A DNA stretch of 64,000 nt from a virus (Duplodnaviria; Caudoviricetes). Position 1 is the first letter of the stretch. Every line of letters begins with the position of its first letter. Location: the IMG/VR virus record IMGVR_UViG_3300028591_000164, positions 17,948 through 81,947 of that record. The stretch is one strand, 5' to 3'. A program made the position numbers and the translations under genes. Of this stretch, positions 1-14,628 are shown in pieces. The notes under the pieces were generated by a model. It did not search any database. It was not told where the DNA came from and saw nothing but the letters and a program-made list of their open reading frames with translations.

Positions 1-1
1 T

Positions 2-3000
2 ATTGCTGATTTAAAGGCATTGGGAGTAATTCATTGGGATGATAAAACTCAAACTTATGTTGCCAATTTAAGTGAATTGTACAAGGTTCTTGGTGAAATG
101 GAAAAGAATCTTGGTGATACATAGTAGAAAAATAATATAGAAGAATTACGTAAACAAATTAAAGAAACATAGTTAGATACTTTGTCTACTGAAATTAAGT
201 CCACAACAAGTGGCATTAAAGATGGTTTTAGTACTTATGCGGATGCCGCGGCAGTATTAAAAACTATGAATCAAAATGTACAAAAGACTGCCGATGGAAA
301 ATAGGTAGATTTAGAATTTAGTGATTTATTTGAATGGAATGCATAGTTAAATAAATATGTATATAGCTTAGATGGAATTGCTACTAGATTTTCTTATTTA
401 AAGATTTAGCTTGATTAGGCAACTGCTGAACAAGATGTTAGTGAGATTGACCGCATTAATAAAGAAATAACCGCTTCATTAAAAGAAATTGGGCAATCGG
501 TTGATTTAATGAAGGCGTTTTCTATTTCTGGTACAACCTAGGAGCAAGCAAAAGCTAGATAGGATATTGCTAATGAAGTTGATAAATATAATGCCGCGGC
601 TTCTTAGATTGAAGGTGCGAAAGTTATTTCACAAGACTTATTAAATTTAGCTCTTGATGGTAGTATTTTTGCTTTAGATACTATATATACAACATTGGGT
701 CAAACATTAACGGCTGAGAACGTGAAGACAGTTCGTGCTGCTAAATCATCTAAGATAAAGACAGCTGCTGAAGCGCTTAATGCTGGCGTTGGAACTGTAA
801 TTGATTAGACAACAAGAGAATTAATTGGAAGTGCTGCTAATTTTTAGTCTATCGGTGCAGGAATGAGTGTTATTACTTATATTAAGGACCTTGAACAAGC
901 ACAATATAATTTATATAATGCTTTAAAAGAAACAAATCAAGCAACTGCACAAGAATTAAATGAAGCGGCATTAAGAGTACTACAAGCTCGTTATCAATCT
1001 GAAGATACTGGTTTAAGCTTATTATAGAATGGCGCGAGCATGAGTATTGAATAGTTTGCCGGTTTTATGGAAAAATTAGGATTACAAATTGGTGATCTTG
1101 ATAATTTTATAAGCACTGCTAATGATTATATTGAACGTATTGGTGGATCTAACATTAGAATCTATGATATGGTTGGTTTGTTAAGTAAGTATGGTTTAAG
1201 CCCAGATAGTTCTGAATTAGGTAGACAATATTATAGCGCTTGGTTAGATTCTATAATTTCCGCGGGCAATAAAGCTAAAGAGGATGCATTAAAAGTAATT
1301 ACTACTTTATAGTCTGCTTCTGGTGGCGATTAGATTAATGCTTTCGGTATTACTCGTTTAACTATTACTGACGAATTAGAAGCATAGTTAAATGAATTTG
1401 GTGCTATATTTGAAAATGGTATGATTACTCTTGCAAAAAATGCAGATATACCTAGTATCATTAGTCTATTATTACAATATGCTCAAAATAAAGATTTAAT
1501 TAGTGCCGATGACGCGGCGGAAGCGGTTGCAAAAACTATTACTAAAGATTAGGCAGCAACAACATTAGCATAGAATTATAATAAAGCTTCTATGGAAATG
1601 TTGAAAAATTTTGCGCGTGCAACTGGTATTGGATTAGAGCGTGTAGTGGCGATATTTAAGGATAATGGCAATGGCACATATAGTGGAGAAATTCCATTAG
1701 AAGATTTTGTTGAATTAATGGGATTAAAAGATACAACCGCAGGAAAGGAAATTTTACGTGCTTATGCTGAATCTTAGCGTAACGTATTAAGTAATTTTGT
1801 TTCTACCAGTATAACATCCATTACAAAAGGTACATAGAGAATTGCGATTACAGATGAAAATCGTGAACTTCTTGTTAAATTAGCTGAAAAATATGGCGGT
1901 TATATGGAAGAAGGTGTTGGTGAATACTTAATTACTGTTACAGAAGAAACTGCTGGTGGTTTTATTGAATCTATTTTAAATGATCCTGATTTAACTTCAT
2001 ATGAGAAAGGCGAAGCCGTTACTTAGGTTAGAAATGGTTTAAAATAGACCGGATTACATAATCTACTTACTACAATGGCTTCTAATTATGAAGATATTCC
2101 ATTTAATATACTAAATTCAGTTGCAGATTAGTTGGGTATAGGCGTTGAGCAATTATATGCTGAAAACGGACCTGTCAAATTTAATGGAGCAACTTAGAAA
2201 TATTCTACTTCACTTCAAGATTTATATCATTTTACTGAATAGTTATTAGATGAAGGTTCTATTAGTATTGATACCGCTAGTGCTGTATTTAAATAGATTG
2301 ACGATGCATTTGGTAATTTAACTCCAGAAAAACTATTTGGTACTTTTATATCTAGTAATGGCTCTATAACAAATGAAGTAATTACTACATTTGTTGAAGG
2401 ATGGAATAAAATTGCTGATGATTATTCTAAAATCGCTGCAGAAGATATTAGTCAGTTCGTAGTGGATGGAGAAATAGATACATCTACTATATTAGGATTA
2501 ATGGAAACATTTTAGGTTGAGATGGATGAAACCATTGCTAAATAGTTAAAGACTAAATTTGATTCTTATGTGACTGAAGTAAATGGTTTAGCATCTGAAA
2601 TAACAGGTGGTTTTACCGACGTCGCTAAAATGGGAACTATTTTAAAACAAGTCAATAGAAGATTTAGCCGTTCAGATGGTTCAGCATTAGAATTTGATGA
2701 TTTATTTGAATACAATGAAGAATTAAATAAATATGTTTATACCAGCACTGGTGTGGTAACTCGTATTCGTTCATTAAAACTTGGTTTAAGTGAAATTGCT
2801 GTTGGAACTAAAGAATATGATGAAGCATTGGTCAATTTTGATTTGGCAATGAAGCAATTCGGAATTTAGTTACATGAAATAGGCAATAATATTGATTTAA
2901 TGAGTATTGCTACAGCGGCTCCTGGATCAATTGAATTATAGAAAGCGGTTGAAAAGGCGCAAAGTGATTTATAGACATATAATACAGTCGCGGCAGAATT

Positions 3001-6000
3001 AGGTGAGACATTAATTGGGTCATTTAATTTTGATTAGCTTGCAGAGGGTGGTCTTGCCGCGGTTTAGTTAATGCAAGCTTTATATGAGAGTCTTGGTCGT
3101 GAGTTATCTACTGATGAAATTAAAAAGGTTTATCAGGGAGAAGTTAATAATTTATTTTCTGCTATGGAAAATCTTTAGAAAGTAACCAAAGGCGGATTAA
3201 TAGATAAAACTACTTATGAATTAGGTTAGACAGCTGGATTATTAACTGCTACAGAAATTGGTAATACTGGCATTTATGAAGTTACTTCTGTTGCTTATGA
3301 AAATTTAGCATAGGCTTATCAGAATTTATATTCTTCCTTAAAGGCAAGTGGAGAAGCAACCGCAGAATAGTTAAATTAGATTGCTTTAAAGATTTGGGGC
3401 AGTTATGGTTCTAAAGAATAGACAATTATTAGTTCTTTAAGTTCAGCAACAGGTATGACTTTTGAGCAATTTGGTACTATGCTTACTGAGTTAGGCATTG
3501 AGCTTACTGATAATACTATTGGAGAATATGCTGAGTATTTAACTTCCGTTGGTGGAAATAAATTAGTTATTTCTGATTTTAAGGGATTGATGGATAAACT
3601 TGGTTTTGATTCTACTTCAGAAGAATATCAAAAAGCATATAGTCAATATATTACATCATTAATTTCTTGGAATAATGAAGCAAATAGTAGAGTTGAAACC
3701 GCGATTTCAAATTTACAAAATGCTAAAGTTGGAGATTAGATTAATGTTTATGATCTAGTTGGCGATTTAGAGATAAGTAATGAAGAGTTAGGCTATAGTA
3801 TTAAAAATGGCATTTTAACAATTACTAAAGGAATGAATATTCCTGAAATAATTACTGCTGTTTTAGCTACTGCTGATACTAAAATAACTGCTGATTAGAA
3901 ATATTTAGCAGAACGTATGGCGAACGAATCTAGCATACAATAGCTTTGGTTAGATATTGGTAAAACTTATGATTCTGTATCATTTGATTTAATTAAAAAG
4001 TTAGCTTAGGCTATGGGTGCCACGATTGAAAGTGTTGAAACTACTTTCTTTACAAAAAATGCTGATGGCAGTTATGCTGGTAAATATAATATTCAAGATA
4101 TATTTACATAGTATGGTGTCGATTTAAATTCTCCGGCTGCGCAAGAAGTTTTACGTTTATAGATGCAAAATTATAGAGAGGCTGTTGATTCTGTTATTCA
4201 AAATGGATTAAATTCTATATCTAATGGAACATAGAGAATTACTAAAAATGCACAAACTGAAGCTATTTTTAATGCCGCAATTCAAGAGGGTACAACTTGG
4301 ATACAAGAGGGCATTGGAGAATATTTAATTAATATAACTAAAGATAATATAACACAATTTGAAGACTTTATTAATAGACAAACAACATTAACAATTAAGT
4401 AGAAATCTAATTATCTTGCTCAGGCTCATTAGAATATTGCTGATTAGAATATTTCTAAAGTATTAAGCAGTATTGTTGGAAATGTTAATTAGGTATCTTA
4501 CTAGACGGCGAGTGAGTTAGCATTATTATTAGGTAAAGATCTTGAAGAATTAACTACTACAATTTCTAGTGGAATTTTTAGTACATCTTCACAAGGAATT
4601 TTTAGTAAGTTTAATGAAGATACTCAAAGTTTTGAATTAGATGTAATTGCTTTTACTGAATGGATTAATACTTATCAAAAGGAATTAGGTATTAGTAGTG
4701 CTACTTTAAAGCAATTAAATAGTCAATTAAAACAATATAGTGCTAACGAAGTAATTAAGACATTTATTACTAATAGTAGTAATATTACTGATGATATGAT
4801 TACAAATCTATCTAATATTACTAATTTTAGTGAATAGTAGATTAAAGACCAAATATTGAGAAAAGAAGCGGGGCAATATAGGCTATCTTCTAAAGCTGCT
4901 TTGCAATTGGCTTAGTTATTTGGTGATGAAGAAAATGGTTTATTAGAAATTTGGAAAAATACATATTTAGACAATATTTTTAATGGTATTTCTAGTATAG
5001 GTGGTAATGTTTTTACTACTTCTTTTGATTATAATGGGTTAAAATAGTTAGTATAGGATATTTAGGATTGGACTGGACAAACATTTGATATTTCGCAATT
5101 AGCTTCTTATAATTCATAGCTATAGCAATTTGTATTATCTCAAGAAGGTGTTTTTGCTAAAATTCAATTAGCGCGCGAACAATTAAAGGCAGCGGGAATG
5201 GATAGTGATTTAATTGATGATCAAATATAGAGTATGATTGATCAATTTGGTAAATCTATAGATTTCTCTAAAGCATTTGATTTTAAAGCAATTGATGCTT
5301 CAAGCCAGAAACGTAATATGGCGCAATTGAATGCCAACGCTCAAGCTTATTATGAAATGTTATATGCCGCGGGTAATTGGTCAGAGGCTAGTTTATTTAG
5401 ATATAATTATGAAACTATGTTACAAGGTGGTTAGGCGGGATTAAATGCTGCTTATAAAGTATATGAATAGACGGGTCAAGAATTGACTGCTGATATTGCT
5501 AAAAAAATATTATAGGCCCCAGTTCAAAAATTATTAGACGGTAAATCTGCGCTTGATAGTAAAGTTGGAGATGTAATTAGTTCTGAAGCAGCGGCATTAG
5601 GTGTCGCCGCGGGTTATTTAGAAGTTAATGAAACTGTTGATGGTTTGGCTCAAGTAATTAAGATTAATAAAGATAATCTTGATAATGCGTTATGGGCCTA
5701 TCTTGATGGTATTCAATAGCAAATTGCTAATGGCGTAGAGGGATTAACAGAGGAATCTAATAATACAATAGTATCTATTTGGGAAGAACGTGCTAAAAAA
5801 GATTCTTCTGTTATTAATGCTTTTGATAAAGCTATGGGAATGACTTATAAAGAGTTTGGTGATATGGCAACAGAAGCTGGCTATACATTAACTGTTGGCT
5901 TACTAGACTAGTTTATAGGTGAAGGTATATTAGAAGATATTGGCAATGGAAAGGTTCGTATTTTAGACTTTGATAAATTTGCTGAAAAAATGGGATATAC

Positions 6001-9000
6001 CGATACTAATTCTGAAGCATATAAAGAAGCAAGAAGTAAATATCGTGATTCAATTATTTAGCTAAATAGTCAAACTCGTGATGATGTTTTAAAGAATATT
6101 AATGCTGTAAAAGATGCTAAAATTGGTGATTAGATTAATATTTCTGATATTACTGATTTATTAGGTGATGGTTTAACTAATTTCTTAACAGCAGAACTTT
6201 AGGAATATGGTGGCGTTCTAGATAATGGTATATTAACTATTTAGGAAGGAGCCAATATTTATGGTTTGGCTACTAGACTTGCACAAGTGGCATAGGCAAA
6301 AGGAGCTATTTTAGAGAATGATGTTGTTGCCCTTGGAGACGCATTATAGACTGCTGTTAGTTAGTATGTTGATGTTATTACAAAAGCATTGAGTGGCGGT
6401 TTAAAAGGTGGAGATTAGAAACAATTAATTGATTTTGCTAAAAATTTTAATATTGAATTAGGCGCTGATGACTTTGTTGAAACGGCCAATGGAATGAAAT
6501 TAACTATTGACGCTGCGATAGAATTATATAACACTTTAAAATCAATTAAAGGTATAGATACTTCTTCCTTGTTCTCTGGTCTTAAGGATGCTATAATAAA
6601 ACGAGATTAGATTACTACAATGGACGGCATTATGGCGAAAATTGCGTCTATTAATAATCAAATAGCAGCACAAAAAGCCGCGACTGGAAGCGTTAATGCG
6701 GAACTAGAACGAGAATTAGAATTGTATAAAGAAATTGCTAATGAAGCAATGATGAATGATCCTAATAAATATAAATTTATGGATCAAGCATTACCAGATA
6801 AATTTTAGGGTCCATTAAATTATTGGGATGCAACAGAAAAAATGATGTAGACCATGATTTCAAGTGCTAAGAGTGGCTACATGGGCGTACAAGATTTTTA
6901 TAATATTGCCACCGAAATGGAAAACCTTGCTAAATTGTCTGGTAAAACCATGAGTTTTATGGGCGTTGAAATTGGTGAAGGTGCAATGACCGCGGCTGAA
7001 TTAGTAGAAAAAGGTTTTTCTAATTTAAAAGAAGTCAGTGGTAAAGGTGCTTAGATCAACCTTAAAGGATTGGCCGATATTGGATTAAATCTAGCTATGA
7101 GTTCTAAACAAATGGCCGAGGGCGTAGAAGATGGCATTCATGCTATGGCCCAATCTCAAGTTGATATGCTTGACGGTTTAATTGGTTTACTTGAGGCAAT
7201 TGTTGCTATGGAAGCTATTAGTGATGTTGACACTAATGGAGATCATACCTTAGATGTCAGTGAAATTTTTGAGGTTGAGGGCGAAGATAAATTAAGCGAA
7301 AAAATGACTAGTTTTGCTAGCAAATTATTGGAAGATATTGAGAAAAGTGAAGAACTAAAAAAAGAGTTTGAAGCTTTGAAGATTGGTCAATATAGTCTTT
7401 ATGAAATTATTAAAGATGCTGCTAGTGGCACAAAAGGTATTAAAATGGCAACAGAAGAATATACTAATCTTTGGAATGCCTTATATCAAACCGCATTAGA
7501 CCAAGATTTTGATGCTTCTGATTTAATAGGAATAGTATAGCAGCTTTATAAAAATGGTTTAAAAGATATAGAATATACATTAAAAGATGGCCGTAAAATG
7601 GTTATAAAAAATGGTCATATTTTAGTATAGACCGAAGATAAAGAATGGGTTACAGATGATGGTGAAAAATTTTCTAGTGCAGATGCTGCTATTGCCCATA
7701 TGGTAAAATTAGAAAGTAAAAAAGAAATTGAAGATTTTAATAAAGGAAAAGAATCTAAAGGCGTAACTATTGATGCTAATGGTGAAACCGAAATTACCAT
7801 CAATGGGCAAATATATAAATTACATGTTAATACTAATGAAGATGGTTCGTTCTCTATGGATGGTGTTGAAGGTAGTTTCAAAACTCCTATAGAATTACTT
7901 AGAGCATGGGTGCGACAAACTTTTAAAGATACTAAATTTGCCAATGGATTAACGCCAAATGATTATACTGATGAACAATTAGATATTATAATGGGATTCA
8001 AAGTAGTACCAAAAATTACAGGGACATATCAATTAGCGGAAGATTAGCGTAAAAAACTTCGTGAATTATTAAATGAAAAAGGTATAACTACTAAAGAAGG
8101 ATTTATTTAGAATAAAGAAGCATTATCTTTAGAATTAGGAGTAGAACTTGATGATGACTTATTTAGTAGTGATGAAGCTTTATAGTTGTTTGCTGGTGTT
8201 TAGGTAACTGAAGCTGATACAAGTCAATTGGAAGATGTTCATGTTTAGGGTATTGTTGATATAATTTCTGTTGAGGGGCTGGATAAAAAAGTTAAAGAAT
8301 CCGTCGCTTTGGCATTATAGAATAATGAAACTTTCGCTTAGATGGATGAGCGAATGCGCGCAGAAGGTGCCACAGAAACATAGCGCTTATAGGCAATAGA
8401 AACACTCACAAAAGTCCCAGGACGAACTCTAACGAGAAATGATATAGAGGCTTTATAGTTAAATGGTAATAATATTCTTCCATTATTAGGAGCTTCGGGA
8501 GCGTTTAATGGTGGCTATTCAACGGAATGGTATACTAGTCGAAGTCTTGATCCAACAATTGGCATGGGATTAAAATATACTTATGATGACAGAACTAAAA
8601 CTTATGGTATTTATAGAAAAGATATAGAAGCAGAAATAAGTGCTCATCAAGGCTATTATGATTAGCTTGGCGTGACAGCTGATAATTTTGTTGACTTTGT
8701 AAATTATTTTCAAGGTACACATATAGAAGATATGTTACGAACGATTCCAGGCTTTTCTACTCGTTTTTGGGGGACTCCATTATTTGATTTTGCTAAAAAA
8801 ATGGGATAGTAGCAGAAAAAAGAAAAAGCTGAAAAAGAAGGCATAAGCATTGGTAATTTAGAGGAACAGAAATATGATTTTAATAAAAGGAGCGTAATAT
8901 TAGCACAAACAAATGCGGCTGAACTTGCGGCAAATAACTCTGCTTAGGTTGCAACAGATAAAATTATGAATGAATATGCATAGATTGTTGCTAAAGTCGA

Positions 9001-12000
9001 AAGAGAGCGTGATTTAGTACGTACAGATGCTGGCGGTAATTTTAATGGATATACTGATGAAGATTATTAGTCTTTTTTAGACAGCATTCATGAATCTAAT
9101 GCATATAAGAAGGCCCAAGAATTAGGCCATAATAGTGTAATAGAAGAGCAAGCTCGTCAAGCTGCATTAGCCTCTTAGACCAATAAATCTGATGAAGGTG
9201 AATATAGATATCTTCATGGGCAGTATTTAAAACAATTTACTGATGAATGGTTCGCTGGATTCCAAGAAGATTAGAATAAAAATAAACCATTAACTGATAC
9301 AGAAAAAAATGCTCAATCCGCGAATACGATGTCCACTGCAGCCGCTACTTTCCAATCTGCTGTTGCATCATTTGGCGCGGCTGTTTAGTCAATGATTATT
9401 GGAACTGTAGCAAATTAGCTTAATGGTAAAGATAATGTTGACGAAATAGAGCAAATTTTAACAGCTTTTGGTATGAATACAAATCAGCAAATAGAAGCAA
9501 TAAAAAATACTAATTTAATTACAAATCAAAATACTCTTGATGCTCTTAACAGATATGAAGAAGAAAAAGCAGAAGCGGCTGGCAAAGAATTCGTAAGTAC
9601 ATTTTTAAATGGAAAATCAATGAATGAAGTCGGTTTGCAAACTTTAATAAGTTTATCTGAAGCACTAACAACAAAATCAGAACAAGTAAAGGATAGTGAT
9701 CCTTTTTTATCTAAACATTTACTTGAATTACAAACATAGGCAGAGAGTGCAAAAGATTTAGCTTTGCGAGAAGCTCGAAGAGAAGCAAATGCTCAAATAA
9801 CTTCAACAACTCATGGGCCTACTACAAATACTACAAAAGAAAAAAGATTTGATCAAGTAAATTCGAGTTTAATAGATCATGGTTTAACTGAATCTATAAT
9901 AGCTTAGAGCCAAGCCAAAAATCAATTTATAATGGCAGAAACATAGTTGATAGAATAGCTTCAATAGTCTGCGGATAAAAGAACAAAATTTGCTGAATTT
10001 TCTAAAAATTGGGGCTCTTATCTTTAGGAACCAGAAAAAATGTTTAATGATAATATAGACTAGCAAAATAAATTTACTTAGGGTTATAATGAAATATTTA
10101 ATACTAATCTTTCTTTTTCTGATGCTTTAGATTAGGCTTAGGAGCAAATAAAAGCTTTAAGTGAAACTCCAATTGAATTGACACCAGAAGCAAATCTTGC
10201 CCAAGTATTAAGTTCCTTAGAATCAGTTAAGAATATTAATGGTACTATTACTTATACTAGTGTTATTAATAATTCTGCTAGAAATACTCAAAACATTACT
10301 CCCTAGGCCAAAGGTAATGTAGCCCTTGCTTCAGGTACTCGCACATTAATGGGCGAACTTGGCCCAGAACTTGTAGTTTCTAATGGTCAATATTTCCTTG
10401 CTGGACAAAATGGTGCAGAATTTGTTGATTTAGCAAAAGATGCAATTGTATTTAATCATATCCAGACTAAACGCTTATTATCTAATGGTTCAAGCGGACG
10501 TGGCACGCCATTAACTAATGAACGTAATGCTACTTCAATGGCAACTGGTAATGTACATGGTCCCGCTATGGCATCTGCTAGTTCTGTACTTTCTACATTA
10601 AAACAACTTCGTGCACAATGGCAAGCATTAGCTGATTTAAGTATTGCTGACCTCGCCGGTAAAGGCGGCGGAGGCGGCGGAGGAAATAAACAAATCCCTG
10701 GTTTTATCCGCGATGTTGAACGTTGGTACAATTGGTTGCAGAAGATTGCTGATCTTGAAAAAGAAATTACTTATCAAGAACAACTTCGTAATAAAATTCA
10801 ATCTGATATGATTTCTAATGGTAAAGCATATTATGCTAGTTAGAAGCAATCATATGAAGATATGAGACTATCTGCTATTACCAGTGAATCACTTTACTTG
10901 TCTCAAAAAGATTATTTTGAACAGCGTCGTGAATAGCTTAATAGTAAGGATTCTCCATTAAGTACTTTATATACATTTGATGAAAGCGGTCAGTTACATT
11001 TCCAAGAAGGAGCATATCAATGGTTAGCTGATTTGTTTAAGGCTGATGATTATGGTCATTAGACATTATCTCCAAAACAACAGTATGAAATGATTTTGGC
11101 TAAGAACCCACAATTTGCTTAGTTCATGAAATATGATAGTTCTGGTAAAGAGATTATCAGAAAAGACTATAAGAGCGATGATGAATACTATCTCGCTATG
11201 GTTAAAGCTTTCTCTGAGCGTATGGATTCGGAAAAAGAAGAAATGTAGGAATTATTTGATTCTCTACATGAGCAAGAACAAAAAGTACTTGAATAGATGT
11301 AGGCTATGAATGAATAGCTACAGGCTATGAAAGATAATCAAAAAGAAGTTGAAGAATCAGTCTTAAAGGCTATTGAAGAATCCCGTCAACGTTAGATTGA
11401 TGAGATGAAAGACACTAAGGAAGCTATTCAAAAGACTAATGAGGACTTTATTGACGGTTTAAATAAGTCTCTTGAAAAAGAGCGTCAAATGTATGAAGAT
11501 ACGCAGAAAGATTAGGAATTAGAGCGTAATCGTAGATAGCTTGCAATTCTAAAACGTTCTGGCGCGTCTGCTTCATAGATTGCTCAATTACAGGAGAAAG
11601 TTGATCAAGAGGCACGCGATTAGTACTTTGATAAGCAACAAGAGCAGATTGATGCGGTTAAAGAAGCATCCGATTTATAGCTTGAAAAAATGGACTTACA
11701 AATCGAACTTGCACAAGAGCAACTAGATTATGAAAAAGCGCATGGATTGCTTTGGGGTCAAGTTTATGATATAATGACAAAATCACCAGCAGAAATTGCT
11801 CAGTACATAAAAGATAATACGGCTGATTTTTGGAGCTATTCTCCGCTCAATAGTTCAGAAAAAGCAAATGAGATTCTTTTCAAAGCCGAGCAATGGGCGG
11901 AATTCCGTGATGATATTGACATGCAAAAAGCTTCATTGGGCATGATTAACTAGAATTTAGACATTTTCTTGGCTGCTATGAAAGAAATTCATGGCAAAGA

Positions 12001-12817
12001 TACTAATTGGGATAAAATTGAAGAAACTGCAAAAACAAAATATGAAGCTTTATTTGGTGGAAATTTTGATGATCCAGGAAAAACTGCTTGGGAGGCTTAT
12101 TAGAGCGCGACTGAATATGCGACTAAGCCGCCTAAAACAGAAACTACAACTACTACAACAACAACTGGTACTGGTTCTGGCAGTGGTAGGACTGGCTTGG
12201 AAAATAAATGGTACTATGATAATGAAAAGCACTGGAAGCGTAATTGGCACAATGGTAAATGGTCTAGAGCAAACGAAGGAGCACATAATTGGACAGTTTT
12301 AAATTCCAGTAGTAGACATTTAACTAGATAGTGTACAGTTTGCCATTTAAAACGCACAGATAGCGCAAGTCCTGAACCTCAATATTCTATGCCTGAAACT
12401 TCAACATAGAAACCACCAGTTTATGACCATCAAATGTCTTAGCCAAAAATAGAAGTTGGTTATTATTCTAATGGAGGAATTAATAATTAGACTGGACCTG
12501 CAATTTTACATGGTACTCCAACAGATCCAGAAGGAATTTTAAATGCCGATGATTATAGAGCTTGGAAAGAAGATATAAAAACAACTAACTTATTATATAA
12601 CGCATTAGCTGATGTCTCAGCATTATAGCATAGCGCGGCCGCGGCGGCAAGTTCTACAACAAACAATAACAGTGGTATTGTTATTGAACATGCCGAAGTG
12701 AGCATGAATGCTACAATAGCTAATGATTACGATGCACGTCGTGCCGGTGAACAAGCATTAGAGCAAATGCTTACAATCGCTCGTAAATCTGGTACTCGTA
12801 GTGCTCAAAGGAGGTAA
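2..12817 (+). CDS. Tail tape measure protein, 5'-partial, >=4271 aa with TAG read as Gln
   Basis: Twelve + strand track ORFs (starts 1067, 1592, 2570, 3455, 5234, 6620, 6854, 7070, 7700, 9473, 10349, 11690) share frame +2, and those checked end in TAG. The frame closes at TAA 12815-12817. TMP-type motifs ASGTRTLMGELGPELVV (~10330) and NGGINNQTGPAILHGTPTDPEGILNA (~12470). It lies directly upstream of the other tail genes. Spot-checked, not every codon read. Confidence 0.88.
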
Positions 12818-12822
12818 AAGGA

Positions 12823-14607
12823 ATGAGAGATTATGGATATGTAAATGGGAACGTTATAGACGTTCCCAATTATTCAGATACAAAATATACGCAAGTATAT
12901 ATGGCAACACATAAGGGGGAAGGCGCGGCATCGCGCCTTCCCTTCATGGAGCGTTCATTTATAAGCTTTACTTTTGGTGGAAAAAGTATAGAAGATTTTA
13001 ATTTAATTGCTACTATTAGCGGCGATAGGATGGAACGTTCGGGTTATTCTACTTTTGAAGATTTAACATCAGAATACGAAGTACTAGATGGCCATTTTTA
13101 TTGGGGCACACATTATACTAATCATGAACTGACATTTGATTTAGCTACTGACGCGATTACATAGAATGAGTTAGATCATTTTTTACATTGGTTTCAACCA
13201 GGTAAAATTCGTGAATTAATATTATCTGAGCATCCGAATCGCGCGATTGAAGCGCGCGTTAGCGCGGCGCCAGAATTACATTTACTTCCTTTTGAAGAAA
13301 AAGTTACTAAAAAAATTGGCGATTAGGAATATAAAACTAGCACTACATTATATAAAGGTGAAATTACTTTAACATTTGTAATGGAAGAGCCATATTGGTA
13401 TTCAAAAATTAATATTTTTGGTTATTATAATAAAGATACTGGCGTTTTTCATGATGTTTGGACAGACGCAAATGGTAAAGAAGTAAGTATTTTTAATGAC
13501 CCAGATGCTATTAAAATTGCTTTGGAAGATAATATTCCTATCGCTAGTATGATTGATGCTTCTATGTTATTGGGTGATAATACTTTTGCTGATGCAGATA
13601 CAAGTAAAGATGCGATGACGGCTGATATAGAAATTGATGAAAATATAAAATATATAGAACTTACAGACGAAAATAATGAAACATATTATGAATTAGATTA
13701 TGAAAGTATGGGTGGCACACAAGAAGCAATTGACGCATTGATTCCACCTAATTCTCGTATAGCTATTACAGAATTTGATGGCGGCGAAGAAAAATGGATT
13801 TATGGCGCGCGCCTGTCTGGTGCAGTTATGAGTGAAAGTTCCGGCATAGAAAATTTTGCTGAAAATGAAAGCCAATATTTTTATTATGCTGGTAATGCTC
13901 CATCTCATCCTACAATTGAATTTACTTTAACTCCTACATTTGATGAAAATGGTTATATAAATAGTCCAAAGAACAGTTATGCTGAAGGAACGCCGTATAA
14001 TACAATTACGTTTGAAAGTTTAACTAAGAAAGAGCTTTAGTTTACTACTCCAAGCATATATACTGGTTATAATCAAGTTATAAAAATTTTACATGATGCT
14101 CCAAGTACAACAGCGTGGGTAGATATAAGAAAACAGATTCGTAATAATGTAAATCACGCCGCTGCGCGCGCATGGGCAAATAAGGTTATTGATAGCTTTG
14201 ATACTTCAACAATAGGTGGAAATCGTTAGTATGCATTAGATCGCATGAAATACTTTTTATTAGATCAAAATGGTAATGCACTTCCTTCGCGCTTTATTAT
14301 TAATAGTAAAACTGGTCGCGCGATAGGTGAAATTAAATATCGTGTACCAGATAATCAAGAAACAATTACAAGTGAAGGATGGGCTACTTATAAAGCTGAT
14401 TCTTTAACTGTACATGAAGAAGATGTTGGAGATATGATCCGGTCCAATTACTTGATTATAGAAGATTAGAATTAGCCGCGGGATGGGAAAATTGTTGCTT
14501 GGAGCAACGTTTCGGAAAATACAAGATTGAATTCACATGTTGTGCGACACGATGTTTCTGGCGGCTTAAAAAATGTATTTATTAAATACTAGAATATGTA
14601 TCTATAA
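12823..14607 (+). CDS. Distal-tail (Dit)-like tail component, ~594 aa (TAG=Gln)
   Basis: Track ORFs at 12823, 13381 and 14245 share one frame joined across TAGs. RBS GGAGG before ATG 12823; TAA at 14605-14607. N-terminal SFTFGGKSIEDFNL motif and position right after the TMP fit a siphovirus Dit. Confidence 0.65.
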
Positions 14608-14628
14608 TGAGTAAAAAGGAGGAATACT

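Noticed and set aside
11991-12302. Track ORF of 103 aa on + in another frame
   Set aside because: It is a shadow frame inside the tape measure gene, over the Thr/Gly linker.
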